From the NCBI GenBank assembly GCA_963695095.1, contig CAVOFT010000001.1:1728001-1792000 (forward strand): a DNA stretch of 64,000 nt. The letters are read 5' to 3'. Below are positions 9,617-20,514 of the stretch, piece after piece; the first letter of the stretch is position 1; each line of letters begins with the position of its first letter. The notes below the pieces were generated by a model. It ran no database searches. It was not told the origin of the DNA and saw nothing but the letters and a program-made list of their open reading frames with translations. A program made the translations under genes and the position numbers. Origin of the DNA: an uncultured bacterium. GTDB taxonomy: Bacteria; Krumholzibacteriota; Krumholzibacteriia; JACNKJ01.

Positions 9617-11107
9617 TGCGCATCAGCGTCGATGCGGCGGCTGCGGTCGCCGAACACGCCACGATCGTGGTTTTCGCAAAGGAGGGAGGCGGCATCGAGG
9701 CGGCCGGCCGCAGCCTGCCGGTGGCGGCGCGCGCTGCCGAGCTCCAGGCGCTCGGCGACTTCCGCGCCAAGCGCGGGGCGACCTGCCTGCATCTACGACG
9801 ACGCGCCGAGCGGCGGCCCGCGCCGCTGGCTGCTCGCGGGTCTGGGCACGGAGGCCCAGCAGGGCCCGCGCAGCTGGCGCACGGCCGCGGCCGCGGCGCA
9901 GACGGCCCTCGCCGAGCTGGGCGCCACCGAGGCCCTGCTCCTGCTCCCCGCGGGCGCGGACGCCGGCGAAGTGGCCACGGGCCTGCTGCTCTCCGGCTAC
10001 AAGTACGACCGCTACTTCAAGAACGGCGACGCCAAGGCAAAGCACCTGGAGTCCGCCCTGCTGCTGCCGGCGCCGGGCGCCGACGCGGCCGCGATCACGG
10101 CAGCCGTGGCGCGGGCGACCCGTCACGCCGCAGGAGTGGCCCTGGCCCGCGAACTGCTGAACGGCCCGGGCAACAGCGTCACGCCGGAAGCGCTCGCCGA
10201 GGCTGGGCGCGCGATCGCGGCCTTGCCCGGTGGCCGCGTGCGCTGCCAGGTGCTCGGTGAGGCCGAGCTGGCAGCCGAGAACTGCCGAGCCATCCTGGCC
10301 GTCGGCGCGGGTAGCGCCGAGGCGAGCCGCCTGATCGTCCTCGACTACAAGCCCGCCGGTCCGTCGCCGGCCAAGACCCTCGTCCTCGTCGGCAAGGGCG
10401 TCACCTTCGACAGTGGCGGCATCAGCATCAAGCCCTCCGCCGACATGCACGAGATGAAGTGGGACATGGGCGGCGCCGCCGCCGTGCTGGGTGTTTTCCG
10501 GACCCTCGCGGATACGCAGCTGCCCCTGCGCGTGATCGGCCTCGTGCCCGCCGTCGAGAACATGCCGGGCAGCCGCGCCTATCGGCCCGGGGACATCATC
10601 GTCGCCCGCAGCGGCCTGTCCATCGAGGTCAAGAACACGGACGCCGAGGGGCGCCTGATCCTGGCCGACGCCCTCGACTACGCGAAGCAGTACGACCCGG
10701 ACCTGCTCATCGACCTGGCCACGCTGACCGGCGCCTGCGTCGTCGCCCTCGCCCACGAGGCGGCCGGCCTGATGGCCAACGCCCGCGGCGAAGCCTATGC
10801 GGAAGCGCTGCGCGCGAGCGGCGAGCGCGTGGGCGAGCGGCTCTGGCCCCTGCCGCTCTGGGAAGACTACGACGAGCTGATCAAGAGCGAGGTGGCCGAC
10901 ATCTGCAACACGGGCGGCCGCCACGGCGGCGCGATCACCGCGGGCAAGTTCCTGCAGCGCTTCGCCGATCACGCGCCCTGGATCCACCTGGACATCGCCG
11001 GCACGGCCTGGACGGGAAAAGATCGGGACATCACGCCCAAGGGGGGCAACGGCTTCGGCGTAAGGCTCCTGCTCGATTTCTTGGAAAGCGGCGGCCTGGG
11101 CGGCTAG
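9613..11107 (+). CDS. pepA: Leucyl aminopeptidase (M17); apparent +1 frameshift at ~9790, probably an artefact
   Basis: VGKGVTFDSGG, MKWDMGG, NTDAEGRL, DLATLTGA, HLDIAG. N-terminus in the 9613 frame, remainder in the 9632 frame. Confidence 0.9.
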
Positions 11108-12343
11108 CTGTCGAGAGTCACGGCCGCGACGAGATCGTCCATCACGCGCGCCCGCTCGAAGCGGGGCAGCACGAAGCGCTGTCCCGCTTCGCCCATTCTG
11201 CGCGCGGCCGCGGGATCTGCGCGCAGGGCGGCGATGGCGGCGCGGAAACTCTCGAGATCTTCAGGCTCGGCGTAGAGACCGCCGCCGCTCTCCTCGAGCA
11301 GGGCGCGCGCCTCGCCCGGCACGGCCAGCAACACGGGCGGCGTAGAGGCCAGGTAGTCGAAGAGCTTGCTCGGCACGAAGCTCGCGAAGATGGGATCTCG
11401 CCTGAGGGTCACGAGCAGCAGGTCCGAGGCATTGAGGAAAGGCGCCGCCTGGTCGGTGGGCACCTGGGGATGCAGGATGACGCGCGGCGCCAGGCCCTCG
11501 GCGGCCACGCGCGCGGCCAGGTGGGCGGCGAGAGGGCCGTCGCCCAGAAAGAGGAAGGCCACGCGCTCGTCCTCGCGATAGCTGGCGGCCAGGTCGAGCG
11601 AGGAAGTCCATGCCCTGGGCGATGCCGAAGAGCCCCGCGAAGGTGACGAGGTAGGCGTCCGGCGCGATGCCCAGGCGCGCGCGCAGCGCGGGGTCCACGC
11701 GTTCGGGCCCGAAGAGCTCCCGCTGCGTGCCGTTGGGGAACCAGGCGAGCTTCGCGGCCGGCACGCCCTTCGCCTCGATCGCCGCGCCGAAGGCCCGCGT
11801 GACGACGGTGATGAAGCGCGCCCGCCGGTAGAGCCAGCGCTCCAGCGCCGCGGCGAGGCCCAGCGCTCGCGGGTTCTTCAGCTCGCCGAGGGCGACGGCC
11901 GCGTCGGGCCAGAGGTCGCGCACGTCCATGACGAAGGGCGCCCGGCGCAGGATGGCCAGCGCCGCCCCCGCGGCCGCCACCGGCAGGGGCGGGCTGGTGG
12001 CGACCACCAGGTCCACCTTGCCCAGGCGGCGGAACGCACAGAGCGTGGCCATCAGCATGTAGGAGAGGTAGAAGGCGAGCCGCGTGCGGAAGGTCTTCAC
12101 CGGGCTCGCCGCCACGCGCACGCGCAGGACGCGGAAGTCGTCGAGCTGGTCCCACTCCGTCCAGCGACCGCGGTAGCGTTCGGGGATCACGCCCTGGGGA
12201 TGATTCGGAAACTCGCAGATCACGGTGACGCGGTGGCCCGCGCGCGCGAAGGCGCGGGCCAGCTCGCGGGCGCGCGTCTGCGTGGCCCCCACCTCGGGGT
12301 GGAAGTACTGGGAGAGGACGAGGACGCCGAGTCTGCGCTTCAT
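11104..12343 (-). CDS. Glycosyltransferase family 4 (WbuB-like); frameshift at ~11600
   Basis: SQYFHPEVGA, PNHPQG, ATSPP, DVRDLWPD; PSKLFDYLA lies in the downstream frame. Confidence 0.85.
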
Positions 12344-13553
12344 GGCGCGACTCCAGCGGCTGCCTGCGCGAGCACGCCGGCGTAGATGCGCTCGAGCGCT
12401 TCGGCGTGCGGCTCCCAGCCCCAGCCCGCGGCGCGGGCGTGGGCGGCCGCGGCCAGTCGCCGGCGCAGCGCTTCGTCCCGCGCGAGGCGGAGCAGCGCCG
12501 CGGAGAGGGTGGCGACCTCGGCGTCCGCGAGCAGCAGCCCTTCGCGTTCGTGCTCGACCAGGTCGGCGATGCCCTCGTCCACGGGGGCGATGACCGGCAG
12601 GCCGGCCGCCATCGCCTCCAGGTAGACGATGCCGAAGGCCTCGCCCGCGGCGGGCAGCGCGAAGACGTCCGCCTCGCGGTAGGCTGCGGCCAGCGCGCTG
12701 CGGCCCAGGCGCGGCTCCCAGTTCGCGGCGAGGCCCAGCCGGACCGCCTGGGCGCGCAGGCGGCCGGCCTCGGGGCCCTCGCCGACCAGGGTCAGCGTGG
12801 CGGCCTCGCCGGCGGCGGCGAGCTGGGCCATCGCCGCCAGCAGGCGATCCACGTTCTTGCTCGGGACGAGGTTGGCCACGCAGAGCACGCGCAGGGGCCC
12901 GCGGCGCGGGCCGGCCGGCGCGGGCGCGAGAAGAGCTCGCGGCGATAGCCGTTCCAGAGCACATGAGCGTGGGCGGTGGCGAGGCCGGCCTCCCGCGCGC
13001 GCTCGCGCGCGAGGCCGCTGGGGAAGATGAGCGCAGCCGCGGCGCCGAAGGCTGCCGCCAGCTCGGCCCGCACGGCCGGCGACCAGCGGGCGGCCCGCAG
13101 CACGTCCGAGCCGTGACTGGTGATCAGGTAGGGCAGGCCGAGGGCCGCAGCCAGGCGGCGGGCGGCGGCCCCGTCGGGCACGCCGGCGTGGGCGTGGACG
13201 AGATCGTAGCCCTCGGCCCGCAGCGGCGCGGGATCGATGGCGGCGGCCAGGCGGCGGCCGGCGCCGGCGAAGGCCAGGCGGCGGGGCAAGAGCAGGTAGC
13301 GGGGGTGCCGGACGGACAGGCCATCCAGGTCACGAGTGGCGGGGATGGCGGCCAGGCGCTGCCAGTCGGCGCTCAGCCAGGCCAGGCCGGGCGGCGTGCG
13401 CGGAATCCCCGCGATCACCCTGAGCGCGTGCCCGCGCGCCGCCAGGGCGAGCGCCTCCTCGTGCACGAAGACGCCGTAGTGCTCGCGGCCCGGCTGCGGA
13501 TACATGTGGCTGAGGACGAGGATGCGCACGGGCGGCGAGGGTAGCACCCGCAC
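12340..13553 (-). CDS. Glycosyltransferase family 4; frameshift at ~12930 (alternative start 13529)
   Basis: ILVLSHMYP, VHAH, TSHGSDV; downstream frame has K-N-V-D and EAFGIVYLEAMAAGLPV. Confidence 0.85.
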
Positions 13554-13615
13554 CCCCGGCAGGCAAGCGAGTACCGGCGCTTGCCTCTGCCGCCGGCAGC
13601 GTCTACCCTGGGCGC

Positions 13616-14002
13616 ATGGTGATCGGCATCGGCATCGACATCGCGAGTCCGGCGCGCCTGAGGCAGGCCTGGGGCCGGCGCGGGCCGCGCCTGCTCGCGC
13701 GGCTCTTCACGGCGGCCGAGCGCGCCGACTGCGAGCGCGCCCGCGATCCCTGGCCCGCCTATGCCGCCCGCTTCGCGGCCAAGGAGGCCCTGCTCAAGGC
13801 CCTCGGCACGGGCCTGCGCCAGGGGCTCTCCTGGCAGCAGATCGAAGTGCGCCACGAGCGCAGCGGCAAGCCGCTGCTCGCGCTGAGCGGACGCGCCGCG
13901 GCCAGGGCCGCCGCCCTGGGCGCTACCCGCATCCACGTCAGCCTCAGCGATTTGCCCGAACTGTCCGCCGCGCAGGTCATCCTCGAAGGCGAGGGCAGCT
14001 GA
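13616..14002 (+). CDS. acpS: Holo-[acyl-carrier-protein] synthase
   Basis: IGIGIDI, FTAAE, AARFAAKEA, KALGTG, GKP, HVSLS. Confidence 0.92.
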   Translation: MVIGIGIDIASPARLRQAWGRRGPRLLARLFTAAERADCERARDPWPAYAARFAAKEALLKALGTGLRQGLSWQQIEVRHERSGKPLLALSGRAAARAAALGATRIHVSLSDLPELSAAQVILEGEGS

Positions 14003-14006
14003 TGCC

Positions 14007-14058
14007 TGAGCGGGGCTGCAGACTATGAATGAGCGGGGCTGCGGACTATGAATGAGCG
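14007..14058 (+). repeat. 23-bp tandem repeat (2 copies plus a partial) spanning the NYN start codon
   Basis: TGAGCGGGGCTGCAGACTATGAA (14007-14029), TGAGCGGGGCTGCGGACTATGAA (14030-14052), then TGAGCG. Confidence 0.9.
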
Positions 14059-14593
14059 CTGGGTGGACGGCTTCAACGTCATGCATCGCCTGGCCGACTG
14101 CGCCGAGCTGCTCGCGAGCGACCTCGAGGCCGCCAGGCGGCGCTTCCTCGGCCGGCTGGCGCCGCTGGTCTACGACAGCGGCGAGCGCTGGACGGTGGTC
14201 TTCGACGGGCCGCGCGCGGGGCGCGCCCGCGCGCCGGGGCCCATCGAAGTCGTCTACGCGCCGGACGCCGACGCCTGGCTCGTCGCCGCCCTCGAGCAGC
14301 ACCCGCGCCCGGCGCGGGTGACCGTGGTGAGCAGCGACGAGAAGGACATCGGCCGCCGGGCGCGCGCCCTCGGCGCCACCGTGCAGTCGGCGGCCGCCCT
14401 CGTGCGCGCCATGACGCAGGGGAGGGACGAGCCGCCGCCCGGGCCCGAAAAGCCCGAGCAGGTCAGCGCGGAGGACGTCGACTACTGGCTCGACGCCTTC
14501 GGCGGCGGCGCCTCGGGCGAACCGAAGCGCCGCTTCGACACGCTGGGCGGCGACCCGCCCCCGGATGCGGAGGAGACCCCGGAGCGCGCCTGA
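14048..14593 (+). CDS. NYN/PIN-fold ribonuclease (YacP/Rae1-like)
   Basis: VDGFN, VVFDG, DADAW, VVSSD acidic motifs; C-terminal EKP...VDYWL motif. Confidence 0.75.
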   Translation: MNERWVDGFNVMHRLADCAELLASDLEAARRRFLGRLAPLVYDSGERWTVVFDGPRAGRARAPGPIEVVYAPDADAWLVAALEQHPRPARVTVVSSDEKDIGRRARALGATVQSAAALVRAMTQGRDEPPPGPEKPEQVSAEDVDYWLDAFGGGASGEPKRRFDTLGGDPPPDAEETPERA

Positions 14594-14594
14594 G

Positions 14595-17271
14595 CTAGGG
14601 CCCTGCGTCCGCTGCGCCGCTCGCATCGAGCAGAAGGTGCAGCGTGACGTCGATGCTGTCATCCAGGCCGCGCCGCGCCAGACGCGGCTTGCCGTCCAGC
14701 ACCAGGTAGACGATGGGCGCGGGGCCCTCGGGGCCCGCGAGCGAGGCGGCCGCCGGCGGCGGCAGCACGGCGAGTTCGCCGGGGAGGCCGGCCGCTGACA
14801 GCGCCGCGCGCCAGGGCGCGGGGTCGGCCAGTGGCCCTGACACGCCACTGAGGAAGACGGGCAGGAAGGGCAAGCTGCGGGCAGTCAGGCGCGGCGCCAA
14901 ACGCCCGCAGGCCGTGATCATCCGCGCGGCCGGCTCGCCGGCCGGGAAGAGCAGACAGAGGCGATCAGCCGCCGCCGGCAGGCCGCCGGCGGCGAGGGCG
15001 GCCTCGATCGCTGCGGGCGTGGCCCCGGCGAAGGCGCTCTCACCGAGCTCCCAGCCGGGTCCCACATCCAGCGGCAGGCTGACCTGGGTGAGTGCCCCGG
15101 ACTCCACGCGGAAGCGCTTCAGTCGCCCGTAGACGCTGCCGCCGGGCACGCGATTGGCCGTGCTGAAGATGAACTCCCCCGCATCCCAGTCCTGCTCACC
15201 CAGGATGGGTTCCCACCAGGGGCTCTGGCAAGCCCCGCCCTTCAGGCGCGCCACGTTGAAGTGGCGGTAGGATTCGGCCAGCGAGTCAGGCAGCCCGCCG
15301 CGGGTCACGGTGAGCGCGAGCCGGCCGAGGGCGGGTCCCGCGTCGCCGGCGGCCGCGATGAGCGCGGCGGCCTCGGGTTCCAGCGCGCGCCACTCGCCCA
15401 GCCACAGCTCGCAGACGGCGTAGCGCAGGCGGGCCGGCCAGCCGTTGCGTCGCAAGAGGCCCACCAGGCAGACGGCGAGGTCGTCCTTCGTGCCGAGCCC
15501 AAGGGCCCAGCACTGGGCGGGATCGAGCGGGCTGCCGTGATAGCTGCCCGGCTCCACCTGCACCCGGGCGTGGAAGGTGGCGAGCAGCGCGTCCAGGCTG
15601 GACTCCAGGTCGGTCGCCAGGGGGAGGAGCGGCAGCCCACTGCGCCAGGCGGCGGCCGCCTCGCGGTCGATGCGATTGGGCAGCAGCCCCGCGCGGACGA
15701 TGCTGTCCGGCAGGGCGAGGCCGAGCGCTGCCAGCCGCCTGCGCTGGGCCTGGGCGACGGCGAGCTCGGAGGCGATGGTCTCCTCGTCGAGCTCGATGAG
15801 ATCCTTGTCATCCATCGCCTCGAGCACGGCGAGCAGATCCTCGCGGGCCGGGGAGTCCGGCGCCGCAGCCAGCAGCGCGAAGAGCAGCGAAGCGCGCGCC
15901 AGCGGCTTGTCAGCCAGAAGCGCGGCAAACCTTCCGGCCTGCCGCGCGGGCAGTGCCTCCAGGCGCGCGCTCTCTTCCGGGCGAGGCCGCGCGCAACTTG
16001 CGGCGATCGGCCTCGCGCGCCGCGATGCCGCGGGCGAGGGCGGCTTCCTCCGCTGCGCTGACGAGGTCCAGATCGCGGGCGGGCGCGCGTCGCCCTCGGG
16101 GTAGCGGAGCCAGAAGCCGGGGGCGGCCTCGAGGTCGTAGCGATCGGTCGCATTCAGCGTGACATCGAGGCGAGCGCCGCCGGCGCCGCCGACGACGCGC
16201 AGGTAGAGCGTGGAGTCGCTGCCCGCGGTCAGGGCGTACTCGCCGGGGCCGAGCACGATCTCGTCGCCGCTCGCGACCTTGGCCAGCGGGCGCAGGCTGC
16301 CGAAGTTGAGCACGTTGACGGTCAGCTCGGGCGCGCAGCTCGCCGCCAGCGCCGGGGCGAGGGCGGCGCGCAGGCGGATGGGATCGCCGTAGACGGCCGT
16401 CGAGTTGATGAGGGTCGCGCCCTGCTCGGCGCGATAGAGGGGCTCCGGCGCCGGATCGAACTCGCCGTAGGCCGCCGAGCGCACGAAGCCCGCGCGGCGC
16501 GCGGCGCCGGTGAACCAGGCGCGGTCCAGGCAGCGGTCGGGCTCGCAGCCGCCGAGATAGTGCCAGGCGCCGTCTGTCCACACCTCGACCCAGGCGTGGT
16601 TGCTGTCGGTGAAGGTCCAGTAGGGCGTGGCGCAGCTGCGCGCGGGCAGCCCCGCCGCGCGCAGCGCGCAGACGGCGAGGATGGTCTCCTCCTCGCAGCG
16701 GCCCAGCCCGCGGGCGATGGTGCCGAGGGGGCCGAGGTCGCGGCCGCTCGACGGCGTGTAGGTGGCCTGCTCGCGGCACCAGCGGTTGACGGCCAGCGCC
16801 GCGGCCTCCATCGAGGGCGCGCCGGCGATGCGCGGCGCCAGCGCACGGGCGAAGGCGGCCCGCCAGGCCTGCGCCGGCTCCTGGCTGACGCGATGCGGCA
16901 CCACGAAGCGCAGCCAGAGCGCGCGCGGCATCTGCCTCGCGCCAGGGCGACTGGCGATAGGCGGCCGCGGCGTGCTCGACGTGCTCGCGCAGGAGGGGCA
17001 GGTCCAGCGCGGCGCAGTCGGACAGCGGCAGCCAGGCGAGGATCCAGCGCGCGGCCTCGTCCTCCAGGCTGCCGGCGGGCAGGGTCTCCAGCCAGGCGGC
17101 GATGCGCTGGCCGTCGAGGTGGCGGGCCAGCGTGGCCTCGACGCGGGCGTCCAGCGCGTCGGCGGGGGCGCGGCGCGACGCGGCCGCCGCGGGCCCGGCC
17201 AGGGCGACGACGAGGGCGAGGGCGAGGCAAGCGTGAAGGCGGCGAAGCGGCGGGCGGTGCGGCGAGGCCAT
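14595..17271 (-). CDS. Secreted transglutaminase-like domain protein; frameshifts at ~16940, ~16085, ~15975
   Basis: Signal peptide (LALALVVALAGPAAA); catalytic region GRCEEE...NHAWVEVW...WHYLGGCEP; second degenerate transglutaminase-like segment. Confidence 0.75.
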
Positions 17272-17409
17272 TGGCGACCTCGCACTCGGGAATGGGGGAA
17301 TCGCGCGCGAGTCTGCGCCGCGCGTGGGCGCGGACAAGCGCTTTCGGCTCGCGCTTGGCGGCGGCGCCGCTCGCTCTGCTAGGCTGGCCCGATGCGAGAG
17401 GAGAGCCGC

Positions 17410-18187
17410 GTGAAGCTGGCGAGCTGGAACGTCAACGGCATTCGCGCCGTCCAGCGCAAGGGCGCGCTGGACTGGATCTGGAACTCGGACCTGGACGCGG
17501 TCTGCCTGCAGGAGACCAAGGCCCATCCCGAGCAGCTCGAGCCGGCGCTCACCGCGCCGCCTGGCTGGCGCGCGCAGCTGGGCCGCGGCCGAGAAGAAGG
17601 GCTACAGCGGCGTGGCCACCTATCGTGCGCGAGGGGATCGGCCGTGGCCGGCGAGCGCGCGGGCTTCGGGGTGAAGCGCTTCGACAGCGAGGGGCGCACG
17701 CTGGTCACCGACTTCGGCGCCTTTCTCCTCTACAACGTCTACTTCCCCAACGGCAAGGCCAGCGAGGAGCGCCTCGCCTACAAGATGGACTTCTACGCCG
17801 CCTTCCGGAAGCACGTGAACGCGCAGGTGAAGAGCGGCAGGCGCGTGGTGATTTGCGGCGACGTCAACACGGCCCACCGGCCCATCGATCTCGCGCGGCC
17901 CGAGGAGAACGAGAAGATCAGCGGCTTCCTGCCCGAGGAGCGCGCCTGGCTGGACGCCTTCACCAAGGACGGCTGGGTCGACACCTTTCGCGCAGTGCAG
18001 GGCGACACGCCGGACGTCTACACCTGGTGGAGCCAGCGCTCGGGCGCGCGCCTGCGCAACATCGGCTGGCGCATCGACTACTTCTTCGTGGACGCGGGGC
18101 TGCGCCCGGCCCTGCTGCGATGCCTGGATCCGGCCCGAGCTCATGGGCTCCGATCACTGCCCGCTGGGCATCGAGCTCTCGCTCTAG
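17410..18187 (+). CDS. xth: Exodeoxyribonuclease III (AP endonuclease); frameshifts at ~17578, ~17635, ~18118
   Basis: SWNVNGIRA, CLQETKA, KKGYSGVA (shifted frame), YFPNG, GDVNTAH, GWRIDY, GSDHCP (shifted frame). Confidence 0.92.
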
Positions 18188-18759
18188 CCGCTCGCCGGCA
18201 AGTCCTCCGGTCGGTTCCAGTTCCGCAGGGCAGCGGCGGGCAGGTCGATCGCCTGGTGCGGTAGATCGCCGATGAGCGCATGCAGGGCGAGGCGTCCGGC
18301 CGCGAGGGCGGCCTCGGCGGCATCCAGGCAGGCCGGATCCCAGATGGAGGGCAGGGGACAGAGCCGCCCCGCCTCGCTCGCCACCGTGAGTGGCGCCTTG
18401 CCCGCGCCGTGCGCAGCGATCAGCGTGCCGAGCGCGGCCGCATCCAAGTAGGGCAGGTCCGCGGGCAGCAGCAACAGTGCGGCGCCGCCGGCTGCGCGCA
18501 GGCCGGCGACGAGTGCGCCTAGCGGGCCCGTGCCGGGGGTCGCATCGGCCAGCTCCTGCACGCCGAACTCGGGGTAGCGACGGCCGTCGCCGCTGAGGAG
18601 GACCGCCCGCGAGGCCGCACCGGCCGCGAGCGCGATCGCGTACTCGAGGAGGCTGCCGCCAGCCGGGTGGGGGAGCAATGCCTTGTCGCGGCCCATGCGG
18701 CGACTCGCGCCGCCGCAGAGGAGGCCGGCCAGCAGCTCGCGGGGGTGGAAAGCGTCCAT
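18184..18759 (-). CDS. mobA: Molybdenum cofactor guanylyltransferase
   Basis: LCGGASRRMGRDKA, GPLGAL, PADLP, NWNRPED; last gene of the molybdoenzyme operon. Confidence 0.88.
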   Translation of the reverse strand: MDAFHPRELLAGLLCGGASRRMGRDKALLPHPAGGSLLEYAIALAAGAASRAVLLSGDGRRYPEFGVQELADATPGTGPLGALVAGLRAAGGAALLLLPADLPYLDAAALGTLIAAHGAGKAPLTVASEAGRLCPLPSIWDPACLDAAEAALAAGRLALHALIGDLPHQAIDLPAAALRNWNRPEDLPASG

Positions 18760-18801
18760 GCCCTCAGGCTAACGGGCGCGCGGACCGGCGGCAAGCGCGT
18801 G

Positions 18802-19995
18802 CTAGCAGCCGCCGCCGGGCTGCTTCTTCTTCGCGCCGCCCCCGGGGGCGGGCGCGGGCGGCGGCGCCGCCACGGGCGGAGCTGCCGCCTCGGCGCCGCT
18901 GAAGTAGGCGGCGAGCTGCCGCTGCCGCTCGGCCTCGGGGCCGAGGGCCGCCTCAGGGGGCGTGAGCACCTCGGCCTGCCAGGCGGCGGCGCCACCGCGC
19001 AGGCTGCGGTAGCGGAGCGTGCTGGGCCAGGTGGCGGGTAGCGGCGGCGCCTCGCCGGCAGCGGTGATGAGCAGCACCGTGCTGCCCGGCGCCGCGCTCG
19101 CAAGGGCAGCCGGCGGCTCGGCGTCGGCGAGCTGCACGGGCTGGGCGCCCGGAATGGCCGCCGCCTCGCGCGCGGATTCCTCCCTCAGATCGAGCAGGGT
19201 GAGCGGCGCCGCAGTCGAGCCCGCCACGAGGGTTTCGGCCAGCTCGGCGGGCGCCATGGGCTCGGCCAGCTGGGGCGGACTGGGCGGCGTCGCCACCGGC
19301 GCCGGCGCGAAGCCGGCGGCCAGGGCGACGAGGGCCAGCGATCCCATCAGCAGTAGCTTCACGCGGCGGCCGCCGGTGGGCGTGAGCGCTACGGGCGCGA
19401 AGCGCGGCGCCAGCTTGCGCTCCAGGGATTCGGCGCCGACGAAGGCCGCCGTCGCCACGGCCACGATGACGAGCGCGAGCCAGGGCGCCGGCATGCCGAG
19501 CAGGGCCGGCAGCAGCGAGCGGCCCTGGAAGCCGGCCGCGTAGAGCGCGCGCAGGGGCGCGAGCCACTCCATGCCGAAGGCGAACAGCAGCGTGCCGGCG
19601 AAGACGCCGGCCACGGCGGCGAGGCCGTCCAGGCGACCCGAGGCGAGGGAGACCACCGCCGTTCCCGGACAGAGGCCGCTCACGGCGAAGCCGATGCCCA
19701 CGAGGAAGCCGCCGATGAGCTGGCCCCAGAGGAAGGTCGGGTTGATGTAGAGCAGCTCGAGGTTCACGAGGCCGAAGGCGGCGGCCGCATAGAGGCCGAC
19801 CATGGCCACGAGCACGGCCGTGAACATCACCTTGAAGACGGTCATGTCGTAGCCGTAGAACTGCGCGGCCAGCTTGCGCGCGTTGCCGAAGCCGGCCCGC
19901 TCCAGCGCGAGGCCGAAGCCGAAGCCGAGCAGCAGGGCCGTCAGCAGGCCCACTTCCTCGCCGTAGAAGCCCTGGGCACCGAGGGGGAAGATCAT
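18802..19995 (-). CDS. YeeE/YedE sulfur-transport membrane protein fused to a rhodanese-like domain and a C-terminal KKKQPGGGC tail
   Basis: GFGLALERAGFG, VFKVMFTA, SGLCPGT; then LLDLRE..IPGA..SLRGGAAAW (rhodanese-like), a Pro/Ala linker and a terminal Cys. Confidence 0.8.
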   Translation of the reverse strand: MIFPLGAQGFYGEEVGLLTALLLGFGFGLALERAGFGNARKLAAQFYGYDMTVFKVMFTAVLVAMVGLYAAAAFGLVNLELLYINPTFLWGQLIGGFLVGIGFAVSGLCPGTAVVSLASGRLDGLAAVAGVFAGTLLFAFGMEWLAPLRALYAAGFQGRSLLPALLGMPAPWLALVIVAVATAAFVGAESLERKLAPRFAPVALTPTGGRRVKLLLMGSLALVALAAGFAPAPVATPPSPPQLAEPMAPAELAETLVAGSTAAPLTLLDLREESAREAAAIPGAQPVQLADAEPPAALASAAPGSTVLLITAAGEAPPLPATWPSTLRYRSLRGGAAAWQAEVLTPPEAALGPEAERQRQLAAYFSGAEAAAPPVAAPPPAPAPGGGAKKKQPGGGC

Positions 19996-20504
19996 AGCCA
20001 CTGCCTCCTCACGAAGAAGGCCGTCGCGTAGGCGCCGGCGAAGAAGAGCATCATGAAGACCCAGCTGCCGGCGGCCAGCGCCGCGCCGCCCGAGAGCGCC
20101 TGGCCGGAGGTGCAGCCCCTCGCCAGGCCCGCGCCCACGCCCATGACGATGCCGCCGGCGAAGGCCAGCCACAGCCGCGTCTGGACGCTCACGCGCGGTC
20201 CGCGCTCGACGGCGCCCTTGAGGCGCCCCGCGCTCAAGGCGCCGATGAAGCCGCCGAGCAGGACGCCGACCACCTCGACGACCAGCCAGTTGCGCAGGGG
20301 ATTGGCCCCATCGGCGACATAGCCGCCCAGGGCGGGGTTGGCCGCGGTCCAGGCGGGCGCGGCCTCGTGGGCGGCCAGGGCGATCACGCGCTTGGGCAGG
20401 GCGCTGGCGCCCAGCCCCTGTCCCGCGACGAGGAAGGTGGCGAGCAGGGTCAGTCCCAGCAGCAGGCCGGCCAGGTAGGGGTTCCAGTAGTTCTTCGCGT
20501 GCAT
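19992..20504 (-). CDS. YeeE/YedE sulfur-transport membrane protein
   Basis: WNPYLAG, GLGAS, GAGLARGCTSGQALSG. Confidence 0.88.
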   Translation of the reverse strand: MHAKNYWNPYLAGLLLGLTLLATFLVAGQGLGASALPKRVIALAAHEAAPAWTAANPALGGYVADGANPLRNWLVVEVVGVLLGGFIGALSAGRLKGAVERGPRVSVQTRLWLAFAGGIVMGVGAGLARGCTSGQALSGGAALAAGSWVFMMLFFAGAYATAFFVRRQWL

Positions 20505-20514
20505 GGGCTACTCC

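Noticed and set aside
14007..14058. Possible CRISPR or mini-array
   Set aside because: Repeats are directly adjacent with no spacers, and no cas genes are present.
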